This document shows, in pieces, positions 21,201 through 29,985 of a DNA stretch of 64,000 nucleotides. The notes under the pieces were generated by a model. The model saw only the letters and a program-made list of their open reading frames with translations, was not told where the DNA came from and made no database searches. This DNA comes from a virus. The stretch covers positions 18,083 through 82,082 of IMG/VR virus record IMGVR_UViG_3300016667_000726; one strand, given 5' to 3'. The position numbers were made by a program, and so were the translations under genes. Each line of letters starts with the position of its first letter. The stretch's first letter is position 1.

Positions 21201-23155
21201 GGTGGTGGGGCAGTGGTGTTGCCGGAGAACTTCAGAAGTACCACTCCTGGGAGATCCTCGCCGACGCCCAACAGATGGATTCCCGGGACCTCGCCCTGGT
21301 CCTTCAGTTTGCACTACAGGCCCGCCCAGCGCACACGTACCCCTCAGTTAAGCTGGTGCGCTTCCTAGCAGATACCCTCACGTTCACTGAGGACCTGGTT
21401 GCGGAGATCACTGTCTTCCTACTGGATGCCACGGCACTAAGCCTAGAAGCAGCTCACGCCACAGATGTCTACGCAGCATCCACATCCCTAAGGAAGATTG
21501 GAATCCCGTCGTCAGGAATGCGCACCCTGTTTGAGGGCCGAGACCTCGTGACAAGTGCGGGCAGCGGGGTTGTCACCTCTGCGCGCGGAGGATTTATCTC
21601 CTCACTCACGACAATCTTCCCGCCGTTCACGACCGCAATCACGACCCAAGGAGTCTCACTGGTACGCCCAGGAGATGTCCTTCTCATCATGAATGGCTGG
21701 AATCGCGGCAGATACGAGGTCTCCTCTGTAGACAGCGACACCCAGCTCACACTGATTCAGGTAAGTCCGGGGCTACCTCCGGTCAGCCCCGCAATCACAG
21801 AGATGGCTGCCGGCACCGGTCAGTTCTTCGTCGTCGAACGTCCGATGAAGAACCCAATCTCTGAGGGCGTAGATCTAGACACGTCCGGATCGACCGCGAC
21901 GTCGCTCAACTCCAACTTTGTTTGGGATGCGGTAGCGGTCGGCGACCTACTCGTCATCTCAAGCGGTGCGGACCGTGGGGTGTACGTCGTAGACACCGTC
22001 TCTGACACCGTGCTCACGATCAACGGGACCTTCCCATCTGGGGATACAGGGGCCACGTTCCGGATTGAGAGAGAGAACCTCCGCTCAAACCCACTGTTCT
22101 CGGCTACGGATGGAGCGTTGGCTGCCGGGGAGCGCAGGATCATCACCGCTGGAGATGCGGACCTAGCGGGGGTGCGAGTAGAGGATGAGCTCAGAATTAC
22201 CGCATCAGCCCTGCCCTTCCTAGTAGGCGTAGTTGTGCGGGTAACTGATGTCGTAAACGCCGGTGCGCAACGTGAGATTTGGTTTGAGATCTCAGACCCA
22301 CTCCCATTCCCTACGTCTGGGATTGAGTTTGAAATCGTTCGCCGGGGAGAGTTGGCCGGAGGAACTGAAGGCGACACGGATCAGAACCTCACCATCAACT
22401 TTGCGTACGACCCTGTAGTCACGACCTACTACAAGCCCACTACGCTACTAGCCGGGGGCCCGTACACTCTCGACATGTGCATCGACGGTAGCCCGGCTCA
22501 ACTCGACTTCGCGGTGGACGTGCAGGCCGCAGGCGTCACGACCTCAATGCTGGTCGAGATTGAAGACGGCCCCAACATCGGTGTGTACGGGATTGGGGCA
22601 GTGGCCCTCGATGTCGTAGATGTCCTCGACGTAGAGTCCTGGCCGGTTCCCGGAGCCGGGCCCTACAACGTAGAGTTCCTGGTACCTGCGGCGGTCTTCG
22701 ATGTTCTCGATGACACCGTTACTGAGAACTCTGGAGCAGTGAACCTAGAGTTCCTGGGGCTAGACGCCGCGACAACGACTACCCTGGCTGGGACGATTCA
22801 GTCGGTCGTGGGTAACTCCGTCACCGGGCTAGGTACCAACTTCACGACGGCCCTAGTGGGTAAGTTGTTCAGGATTGATGTGGATGGCGTCTTGGCTTGG
22901 ACCAAGATCGGTAGTGTCCAGAGCACTACCGCTCTTACTCTCGTAGGGAACTACCGAGGGGCATCAACAGGTCCGGGAGCAACTGGCGAGATCCACCCCT
23001 ATCTAGGAGGGGTGCGTCCGGGTGACCAGTTCGTGTTCTCTGGGGGAACTTATGTCGTGGCGCACGTCGCCGCCGAGGTGGTTACCCTCACGGAGGACAC
23101 CGGGGTCAATCCAGTCTCGTTTGAGGCCGGGGAGTTTAGGAGGAGAACATGGTAG
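18236..23155 (+). CDS. Giant baseplate/tail protein with N-terminal PKD-like domain (1639 aa)
   Basis: IIIDGRQSYSPDNLDLIFSWAIESAP.GS...LGPYKITLRVS is PKD-like; many GDx(V/L)xIxxGxxxGxY repeats; TGATG coupling. Confidence 0.6.
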   Translation: MRATSAVSFSLGPERTTPVAIVQPEELYSVIGSRIIIDGRQSYSPDNLDLIFSWAIESAPIGSTAASLVLLDGQDPSVVVLRADVLGPYKITLRVSTGFRVSTAVTSTIYVQAIQTPSLSRIEPDGHIFFRTILDGFARQLEQQALLPIYWAGLKQLVAGDLLRLFQYEYAASIRNIQPWFQRRWIRFTPELPIISQGQVILGNHQSGSDAITQPSSIVVQGAILDATTFSLAAGSVSSASKGQKFDIFSGPNAGTYYIEDILPNLSGVRVQALNPFPAPASELLITNADLITVLDSDTVSSAGSNFLTTVPPVAPGDYVSIDSGTGTGTYRVVSVPSATSLQLDRKFRTTAGAISFRVFSVRAGAYQTPRRPFTDTVLIPQASADLNALGRSEVRGTGTLAGPYEIIVETRHLFESVIGKQITITTGPNTGKKVVIASFNSSATGYRVSVALSPPFSSVGYAIPVITGVSDRLLVLGDRAYEIASATLDTNQPPTSVGGLGPVWSIKLATSDAPADQRGLTWSIGSVFRSDANLDFEEFGIGPGDVLYFEVSRLDDSSKSLIPVGILGARSNKMSFSWGRAADGSALDVDLLMLAEDLHIREAYRSVVTGEVVYDALAADILAELQSFGFQQSYWNLALRESSIITVRGFSFKVRISSVRRNSRLPVPDDLVSIPVLYEFVSDVEGSTLEDGTHVYVGKDDVQVGMPRPPVELIEGTNFSIAGRRTLRGTSGSTLAGVDEIVVPGADLLRRGVTAGDVIELQTGPDVGRYAILRVLAADRAQVLGVNGNIPQTTSGALSFLIDKRIDGRFLSMATPFSPLTPAPKTLWAHTALYDNSAYIEANFGVKVGITKAQLDEFGTSQVSYLTAVRGLMYAWASNRSVLGLKTGSSIMAGMPVAEHRGVITSIEPGYSSTLGRLIIAALTDNGQPLGFENAYFYTSSVDLSLPEFAGLASNPKTGRPYEVGDIVEQDAVLTNGIIIHDWISAPGWWGSGVAGELQKYHSWEILADAQQMDSRDLALVLQFALQARPAHTYPSVKLVRFLADTLTFTEDLVAEITVFLLDATALSLEAAHATDVYAASTSLRKIGIPSSGMRTLFEGRDLVTSAGSGVVTSARGGFISSLTTIFPPFTTAITTQGVSLVRPGDVLLIMNGWNRGRYEVSSVDSDTQLTLIQVSPGLPPVSPAITEMAAGTGQFFVVERPMKNPISEGVDLDTSGSTATSLNSNFVWDAVAVGDLLVISSGADRGVYVVDTVSDTVLTINGTFPSGDTGATFRIERENLRSNPLFSATDGALAAGERRIITAGDADLAGVRVEDELRITASALPFLVGVVVRVTDVVNAGAQREIWFEISDPLPFPTSGIEFEIVRRGELAGGTEGDTDQNLTINFAYDPVVTTYYKPTTLLAGGPYTLDMCIDGSPAQLDFAVDVQAAGVTTSMLVEIEDGPNIGVYGIGAVALDVVDVLDVESWPVPGAGPYNVEFLVPAAVFDVLDDTVTENSGAVNLEFLGLDAATTTTLAGTIQSVVGNSVTGLGTNFTTALVGKLFRIDVDGVLAWTKIGSVQSTTALTLVGNYRGASTGPGATGEIHPYLGGVRPGDQFVFSGGTYVVAHVAAEVVTLTEDTGVNPVSFEAGEFRRRTW

Positions 23156-23346
23156 GCCCTAAGAAGGACACCGCCTATTTCTCAGACGACCTGGCCCTAG
23201 AGGGCAACAACGGGGCGACCCGCCCCAAGTTCAAGGTTACTATGCCAGACGGAAGCCTACCGACGCTGGAGCAGCTCCAGCAGATCATCGGGGGCTCACT
23301 TGATCGGGCAGCCAAGATCCTCGAGGAGATGCAGAGTGATGACTGA
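23149..23346 (+). CDS. Hypothetical protein (65 aa)
   Basis: AGGAG SD; overlaps both neighbours as expected in a coupled operon. Confidence 0.5.
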   Translation: MVGPKKDTAYFSDDLALEGNNGATRPKFKVTMPDGSLPTLEQLQQIIGGSLDRAAKILEEMQSDD

Positions 23347-23956
23347 ACTCGAGATGATGAGGCGGGAGCTGGACAAGCTCCGGAATCAGCTGGCCAATCT
23401 GAAGCCGCAGATCCGGGGCTTCGTAACGGTCGAGGCCTTCCGTGAGGACGGTAAGCTCGTTCAGCGCTCAGAGGGGGAGAACATCCTCACGCTAACAGGG
23501 CGAGAGTTCTACTCAGAGCTGGCGGTACTGAGCGCGTTCTCTCCCCGGGTCACCTTCCGAGAGGATCGCCTAGCCTACTTCGGGCTAGGGATCGGCGCTC
23601 AGCCGGAAGTCCCTAACATCACGAGCCTGGTCACCCCAGTTCAGTACACGTCTGGTGAGTTCCTGGCGCCCGTTCAAGCCCCTGCTACCTTTCCTGCCGG
23701 GGTAACGAGCAACACCTCCGTTCGATTGATTCGTGAGTACGGACGCTCCGAGATCAGCCTCCTCGGCGCTACCGTCGTACTTACGGAGGCGGGAATCTTC
23801 TCGGACGGGGACCCTGCGAGTAACTGGGCAATCGGCCGTCTTACGGACATGACGAACTCCTCGGGAGACGCCCCGTTCTTCTACAAGACGTTTGAGCCAC
23901 TCGTGAAGACTCCGGACACCACCATCCGGCTTACCTGGGAGCTGCGAGTCGTATGA
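23339..23956 (+). CDS. Tail-collar/fibre-attachment-like protein
   Basis: ILTLTGREF...YFGLGIG...LTEAGIF...YKTFEPLVKT...TWEL pattern typical of proteins preceding tail fibres. ATG 23339 has a GAGGAG SD. Confidence 0.55.
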   Translation: MTELEMMRRELDKLRNQLANLKPQIRGFVTVEAFREDGKLVQRSEGENILTLTGREFYSELAVLSAFSPRVTFREDRLAYFGLGIGAQPEVPNITSLVTPVQYTSGEFLAPVQAPATFPAGVTSNTSVRLIREYGRSEISLLGATVVLTEAGIFSDGDPASNWAIGRLTDMTNSSGDAPFFYKTFEPLVKTPDTTIRLTWELRVV

Positions 23957-26900
23957 CATTCCGTAGAACCCCCACACAGCGCGGCAATACCGATGTTCCC
24001 GTCGTAGCGATCCCAAGGATCGTTGGGACTGCACGCAGGAACTCCCTCGGAGATCTTCCGATCAGCCCGGATGCGGAGCTATGTATTGAGACGGATACGA
24101 TGGGCGGAGTCCCAGTATCTGTGATCTTGACCTCTGCGAACATGACGGCCGTAGTGTCTACGATCAACACGTCGTTGGGGGCAAATGGGCTTGCAGAGGA
24201 CGTCGATGGCTGCCTTGCTATCTCGACCCTAACGGCAGGTCAGGGGGCGTTCGTTCGCATCCTACCGGCGGCTGTACTAACGACTTCGGATGCGGCTCCT
24301 GATCTTGGGTTCTTCCTATACCCACACCCTCAAGCCGAAGTTCAGGCTGGGACGATTGAGTCCTCAGAAGTCCGTCCGGATAGCCAGGCGAACAGTGCGG
24401 GCACGACGATGCTGCCCGTTGCCGCAGACCGCCTAAGCAGGAACTTCAATCGCGCACTGGCGATGATGGGCCGTAATGCGGACTTCAGTCACACGCAGCT
24501 CACCAACCCGGTGGCGCTCCCTACCGTAATCCCAGTTGATCTCACGGATCCCGCCTGGGTGGGCAGGACTGCCTACATTGCGGCAACCCCCATCACCGAG
24601 ATCAATCTGTCCGCACTTACGCGCGGAGAAGCGGGCCTGCCCGGAGATCCTCTCGCTGATGCTGGTCGTGTATGGGTAGGGTCGCTTACTCAGAACTCCT
24701 CTCTGGATGAGATCAGCAAGTACTTCAAGATCGTAGACGAGAACGATAACGAAGTCGTAGATTCCGTAACCCAGCGTGTAGTTAGGGTTGCCCTCGTAAC
24801 TCGAGGTTCTGCCGGTCCTGGCTTTGTCGCCGGAACCACTGACTGGTCCGCACCTGTAAACCCTCAGGCCGATACCGCTGCTACAACTCCAGATGGCCTT
24901 GGAGTTCTGGGCGTGGATCTGGTCAAGCAGACCTCTCTGGCCATCGGTGAGGTACTTGGGGACCGCTCTACTGTCCATGTGCCTGGGGCCACATTTGTCT
25001 CGAATGGGGTAGTCCCCGGAGACAAGGCGGTAATCTCAGGGTGCTTGATTACCTCCCCTAAGACCCTCGATGGGACTTACATCGTGGAGCAGGTCGTCGG
25101 CGAGGAGTACCTGATTCTACGTCCGTCCGACCCCTCGGACGATGGAGATCTCACCCCATCTACCGCGCCGTCTCCTGGCAACATCGTCGTCTCTAGTGGC
25201 GGGCAGTTCCAGGACAATATCTGGATTACCCTCTACCCACCGCTGAACGCTCCTGTGCAGCATTCAAGCTGCAATTTCAAGATCATCCTGGGTCTTGAGC
25301 GCTCAGTGGGACAGATCCAGGAGGAGACCGACTCTCTCCTGCGCGCGGCAGTACGCGCGGCCCCGGAAGTTGACGGCTTCGTGATGCGCGACATCGTTCG
25401 GCAGTTCAACTTCGGAGGCGTCTACGACGGGCAGGCTCCGCGCTCTGCTAGGGGTGCGGGTGGCTTTGGTAACTTCACGCGGCCAGCGGTCCTGAACCTG
25501 AAGGGAGTTGATGTCCCTCACTTCTCCGGTGGATCCTTCGGTAGTGGAGATGTCGATGGGGTCTACCTCATCTCCACCGGAGCACTAGACTTCACTGAGG
25601 ATCTCATTGGGCACTTCTTTGGGCTATCCGGGGTTCCTGGATTCCCTGACTATGGGATTTGCTTGGCCGTTGAGCTCGATGGTAATAGGCGGCTGAAGCT
25701 GCTGCGCCTCGATGACAACTTCGGCGAGCCAATCGGAACCGCGAGCGGGATCAACTTCATCTACCAGATGGATATCTTCCCGGAGTTCCCGGCCGCAATG
25801 ATCGCCAGGTCTGTGCGGACCCCCTCCCTAGATCGCTCCGGTGGGTTTGTAGCCCTCCATGAGCACACGGATACTGGCCTCACATCAAACGACCAACTGG
25901 CTAAGTACGGGATTGCGTCGATTGAGCAGTTGGTCAGTGACAATGTTCCGGGCAACATGCTTGGGCTGCTCGGCATCTTGCACGCTCCAGATGAGATTGA
26001 GCTCTCATTTGACCCGGCGGACAACGCAGCCATCTTCGGTCCTGAGAACGCCGCTCTTGCCGCAGACGTGCAAGACCAGCACTCTACGTTGGTTCGCATC
26101 GTCGGAGGCCCGGACGTTGGCTGGTATCGAGTCCGTAAGGTCCTGAGTGCAGCTGCGGGAAGCTCCTATGACGGAGTTCAGCTCGTCAACCTAGACGGCA
26201 GCGCGGTGACCCTCTCCGCGCTCATCAGCCCCGTGTCGGTGGCGTTCTACAACATCATCTTCGCGTCGGACGTTCCTTACGGAGTCGATACGACACGGAG
26301 ATCTGCCATCCGGGCATTTGTAAACTGGTTCCAGACCCTTGAGACCGCACAGGATGGCGTGGTCTCTGTGTCTTGGCGTGGCGGTGATGCCAACAGCGCC
26401 GGCATCAAGATTAAGCCGAATGACCTCGAGGGAGTTGTCGACTCCTCTGGAGGAGGGGCTCAGGGGTGGGGTGTCTACACCATCGTTGGCGCTCCCTTGT
26501 CGGGAGGCTCTAGGATTGAGGCGTACGACAACACTCTAGGCGCCTGGTGGACCTACTCCAAGAATACCGTTGATGTCCCAGACATCACGGGGTTGCCTTC
26601 AGCAGGACTTGGACATTTTGGCTCGGTAACTGGCCAAATCGGGCAGAGCACCGCACTGACCTTCCGGTCTACCCTCTGGCTAGGTCGGTCTATCAGTCCA
26701 GGCTCCACGACCTGGGATAACTCCGCCCTGGTCGTCAACACGACGGCAGCTGCGGGCTGGGTTGCCTACGCGCCTTACTTCGATGCAACCTCGTCTCCGT
26801 ACGGCACCGGCTCATATGAGGAGTACGATGCACCTACCAGGCTAGGTCACCCGGCAGTATTGTACCCTGCGTCCGCAGGCGCGACAGAGTCGGCACCCGT

Positions 26901-29763
26901 TGAGCCTCCGGACTCGACGCTATTCTCCCATGCCCACGACGGCGTACTCGACATCTCTGGCATGCTCAATCAGCCTCTTGGGGCGTTGATTGGATGCAAG
27001 GTCTCGATCACCAGCGGAGCAAACTCCGGGGATGATTACCGCATCTCGGCAGTCGACGAGACGGTGCAGAAAGCTGCGCTCAACGGTCCCACCCCGATTG
27101 CGGCCTCGTACACCGCAGACCTCGTGGTTTACGGAGCTCGGTGGAGAGAGTCACATCTCGATATTGGAGATTGGACTCAGGTAGGGTCAATTTGGGCAAG
27201 AGGAGACGCATCTGCGGTTTCCATCCTAACCTCCGGGTACTGGACTACGGAGCAATGGACCGAGACGCAGGTTGCGGACAATCCTCTCCAGTTCATCGAC
27301 GTAGACGTAGGGACTGGGATCTGGGCAGCGGGAGTTTCCTCAGGCACAGGCACCATCTCTGCGGTCTCCGGCCTCTCCGTTACAGGTAGCGGCACGCTCT
27401 TCCTATCTGAGGTCAACGTTGGGGACTTCATTAAGGTTAGCGCCAACGGTAACGCGGCCTGGACACGAGTTGCGTCGATCAGCAGCAATACCTCGCTCAC
27501 CCTCTGTACCGCTTACCCCTTTGGCGGTTCCTCTGGCGCGTATAGCATCTGCACGAACCCCGGAGTTCAGCCGGACATGCCCGGTCTCCTTGGGGGCGCC
27601 CCTCTACCGATGGGGAACTTCTGGGGCGTAGGTCGCTCCAATGGAACTCCGACCGCAGTCCTCGCTGGTGACCCACTTGCATGGGCAGAGGAGTGGCAGG
27701 AATCCTACGAGGAGCCCCGCGCGCCGGTGCCCAACGCAGCAGCGCTTGTAGGTACGGGTACCACATACCTCACGAGGACGTCGCTGTACCTTGCAGGCGC
27801 GGCGTCTCTCAGCACAGCAGGGTACCGAGGAAGCTTGGCGGTGGACGGTATCGTCCTTACCCAGATCGCCCAAGATGACCCCGCGATGTACATCGTATCG
27901 ACGGTGTCTCCATTGATGGGTGGGAGCCTCGTATTCACTCCCGCTAATGGATCTCCGGGCGACTCTACCACGTTCCGTATTACGTTCCGCGGCCTTCATG
28001 GGGTCTCACGCGACGCGCTCAAGTTGACTGTGCGGTCCATCCTGTGGCGCCCCAGCGCGATGGCTACGGACTGCTCTGTAACTGCGCGGCTAGTTCTGTC
28101 CACCGGGCAGGTCATTGCTTCATCTACGCCCTACCTCCTTAGCCCCAGCACCAACCCGGAGCAGGTGACCTTCTCGTTCACCGAGGATGCGTTCGTTGAG
28201 ATCTCGTCGGATGAGTTCTACCAGCGGCAGGCAGAGTCCAACTCCTTTGCGGTCTGTGTTGCGCTTGAGATCGATTCATTCCTGGCGGGAGATGAGCTCT
28301 ACATTGGAAAGTTTGAGGTCATCGACGAGGTTCTTCCTCTACGTCAGTACGGCCCCCAAGAGGTTGTGGGTGTTCACCGTGCGGCCGAGTACCGTCTACT
28401 AAGTCAGCAAAGGGCTTACCTCATGGTAGGCGCAGCTAGGGCCAGCCTACTAAACTCTGACGAGTATGGCCTTCTTGAGATGAGCACAAATTCGTTCAAC
28501 AACGCAGCACGATTTGTTGAGGGCAATGGAGTTGGGCTAATTAGGGCACATGACGGCGCCCTAAATAGAATGCTCCGGCCTGCCTTCCATACATCAGAAT
28601 TTTTCAAGAAGGGGGCGTCCGGGTCAGTAATTACGGCGTATCACCCATACTTTGACCCGTTGTGGTACTACTACGCGTCAGGATTGAGGTCTGCGCCCAA
28701 CCTAACGATCGCAGAGGCCAACGATCACGCAGACATCCCTAATCCTGGAGATCCGGCTGGGTATGACGATTACCGATCTACGTTTGTCCCTCCCGGAAGA
28801 ACTGGATTTATTCTCCCCCTAGAGAATTTGCCGCAGGGGGCAGTTCTATCCGACCTGTCCTTTGTCCTAGGCTTTCAGCCGTCCTTTGTGGAGGACACCT
28901 CTGCTCCCGGGACGATACACTCAAACTTCCAGGTCTGGCGTAGGTGGAGCCCTGTACAGGATCTAGGACTCCTAGGCATCACGAATATCGCAAGGACCGA
29001 CCACGAAAAGGGCATCAAGTCAGATTGGGATGCAGATGAGGGCTACATCGTACGAGTCTGGCGCCGCCAAGTGTTTGATATGGGCAGCGACCTACCATTC
29101 CCCCAGGTTCCGCCTGCGTACGCGAATACTAAGGCAAACCTACTAAATAGACAACCGGGAGAGGTTGGTGGTCCGGATTACGCTCAGATGCCAGAGACCG
29201 GCTGGGCCGAGGTCATTTGGCAAAAGGAGTACGATCTTTCCGGGGTTACGGAGCCTACCCCAGCTGACTACTCTCTCGACATCAAGGTGAGCAGCAGTAG
29301 TTCGAATAATACGAGGACCGAGTTCTTCTCAAATGAGTATCTTGATAGGAGGACCGCAAACCTCCTACAGGACAACGACGTAGAGGGACCAGAGACATTC
29401 CAGTCCGAGGTCGCGAGAGCATCTAAGCTGAGGATCGATAACTCTCAGTTTGAGTACTTCGTTACGATTGAGTTCTGGATTGGATGCCGTGTAGTAGATT
29501 CCTCAGGCACGTGGGGCATGGAGTACACGTACTACAGTACCCTCGAGGACGTCGGTACCGTAGATGTGAGGAAGTACGATGGTTCCACCGGTCCTAGTGT
29601 CTACGGAATTACAAACCGAGCTTATAGATCGAAGTCTGCTTCCCCAACGGTCTCCTGGATCGAGGTTGAAGACGGCCCTGCTGTTCAGACCCCAGTCCCT
29701 CCCAAGGTTAGATTCCGAGGACTTCGCGTAGGCTACCTCACCGACCGTCCCGGTAGGACATAG
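23953..29763 (+). CDS. Giant tail fibre/receptor-binding-like protein (1936 aa)
   Basis: Last gene of the tail operon; beta-rich and Gly/Ser/Thr-rich; contains a VTGSGTLF...GDFIKV...SISSNTSLTL module shared with the 1639-aa protein. Confidence 0.55.
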   Translation: MTFRRTPTQRGNTDVPVVAIPRIVGTARRNSLGDLPISPDAELCIETDTMGGVPVSVILTSANMTAVVSTINTSLGANGLAEDVDGCLAISTLTAGQGAFVRILPAAVLTTSDAAPDLGFFLYPHPQAEVQAGTIESSEVRPDSQANSAGTTMLPVAADRLSRNFNRALAMMGRNADFSHTQLTNPVALPTVIPVDLTDPAWVGRTAYIAATPITEINLSALTRGEAGLPGDPLADAGRVWVGSLTQNSSLDEISKYFKIVDENDNEVVDSVTQRVVRVALVTRGSAGPGFVAGTTDWSAPVNPQADTAATTPDGLGVLGVDLVKQTSLAIGEVLGDRSTVHVPGATFVSNGVVPGDKAVISGCLITSPKTLDGTYIVEQVVGEEYLILRPSDPSDDGDLTPSTAPSPGNIVVSSGGQFQDNIWITLYPPLNAPVQHSSCNFKIILGLERSVGQIQEETDSLLRAAVRAAPEVDGFVMRDIVRQFNFGGVYDGQAPRSARGAGGFGNFTRPAVLNLKGVDVPHFSGGSFGSGDVDGVYLISTGALDFTEDLIGHFFGLSGVPGFPDYGICLAVELDGNRRLKLLRLDDNFGEPIGTASGINFIYQMDIFPEFPAAMIARSVRTPSLDRSGGFVALHEHTDTGLTSNDQLAKYGIASIEQLVSDNVPGNMLGLLGILHAPDEIELSFDPADNAAIFGPENAALAADVQDQHSTLVRIVGGPDVGWYRVRKVLSAAAGSSYDGVQLVNLDGSAVTLSALISPVSVAFYNIIFASDVPYGVDTTRRSAIRAFVNWFQTLETAQDGVVSVSWRGGDANSAGIKIKPNDLEGVVDSSGGGAQGWGVYTIVGAPLSGGSRIEAYDNTLGAWWTYSKNTVDVPDITGLPSAGLGHFGSVTGQIGQSTALTFRSTLWLGRSISPGSTTWDNSALVVNTTAAAGWVAYAPYFDATSSPYGTGSYEEYDAPTRLGHPAVLYPASAGATESAPVEPPDSTLFSHAHDGVLDISGMLNQPLGALIGCKVSITSGANSGDDYRISAVDETVQKAALNGPTPIAASYTADLVVYGARWRESHLDIGDWTQVGSIWARGDASAVSILTSGYWTTEQWTETQVADNPLQFIDVDVGTGIWAAGVSSGTGTISAVSGLSVTGSGTLFLSEVNVGDFIKVSANGNAAWTRVASISSNTSLTLCTAYPFGGSSGAYSICTNPGVQPDMPGLLGGAPLPMGNFWGVGRSNGTPTAVLAGDPLAWAEEWQESYEEPRAPVPNAAALVGTGTTYLTRTSLYLAGAASLSTAGYRGSLAVDGIVLTQIAQDDPAMYIVSTVSPLMGGSLVFTPANGSPGDSTTFRITFRGLHGVSRDALKLTVRSILWRPSAMATDCSVTARLVLSTGQVIASSTPYLLSPSTNPEQVTFSFTEDAFVEISSDEFYQRQAESNSFAVCVALEIDSFLAGDELYIGKFEVIDEVLPLRQYGPQEVVGVHRAAEYRLLSQQRAYLMVGAARASLLNSDEYGLLEMSTNSFNNAARFVEGNGVGLIRAHDGALNRMLRPAFHTSEFFKKGASGSVITAYHPYFDPLWYYYASGLRSAPNLTIAEANDHADIPNPGDPAGYDDYRSTFVPPGRTGFILPLENLPQGAVLSDLSFVLGFQPSFVEDTSAPGTIHSNFQVWRRWSPVQDLGLLGITNIARTDHEKGIKSDWDADEGYIVRVWRRQVFDMGSDLPFPQVPPAYANTKANLLNRQPGEVGGPDYAQMPETGWAEVIWQKEYDLSGVTEPTPADYSLDIKVSSSSSNNTRTEFFSNEYLDRRTANLLQDNDVEGPETFQSEVARASKLRIDNSQFEYFVTIEFWIGCRVVDSSGTWGMEYTYYSTLEDVGTVDVRKYDGSTGPSVYGITNRAYRSKSASPTVSWIEVEDGPAVQTPVPPKVRFRGLRVGYLTDRPGRT

Positions 29764-29807
29764 CTAAAGAAGAACCCCCAGGAGACTTGCTTCTGGGGGC
29801 CTTCTTC
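29763..29807. terminator. Rho-independent terminator between convergent operons (probably bidirectional)
   Basis: Stem CCCCCAGGAG-ACTTG-CTTCTGGGGG extended by GAAGAA/TTCTTC; on the minus strand it is followed by TTCTTCTTT. Confidence 0.75.
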
Positions 29808-29979
29808 ACTCGATGCTGTTGCGCGCCAAGTGGCTGATCATCTGCGTGGGCGGTGCGTTGACGTCTACATAGAAGTTCAACTCATCTCCCGCGAATCTAA
29901 TCAGCTGCTGAACGCCCATAGCCTTGAGCTCATCTAGGATGACGATCTTGGAGGAGACCGGAGCCTCCTCCTCGATCAG
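29806..29979 (-). CDS. 57-aa -1-frame extension of the charge-repeat protein (HeH/Rho-N-like domain)
   Basis: Open frame LIEEEAPVSSKIVILDELKAMGVQQLIRFAGDELNFYVDVNAPPTQMISHLARNSIE*. An in-frame stop at 30010-30012 and no ATG/GTG/TTG before the slip site; the TGA abuts the terminator. Confidence 0.7.
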   Translation of the reverse strand: MIEEEAPVSSKIVILDELKAMGVQQLIRFAGDELNFYVDVNAPPTQMISHLARNSIE

Positions 29980-29985
29980 TTTCCC
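29950..29985 (-). promoter_or_regulatory. Programmed -1 ribosomal frameshift signal
   Basis: Slippery heptamer G GGA AAC (29985-29979) in the 0-frame immediately before TGA, a 7-nt spacer, then a 9-bp stem GGAGGAGGC-UCCG-GUCUCCUCC with a cUCCGg tetraloop. Confidence 0.75.

Noticed and set aside
1-29763. Bacterial contractile injection system (eCIS/T6SS) rather than phage
   Set aside because: The baseplate genes are linked to a putative portal, a complete replisome and an RNAP, which fits a phage genome.
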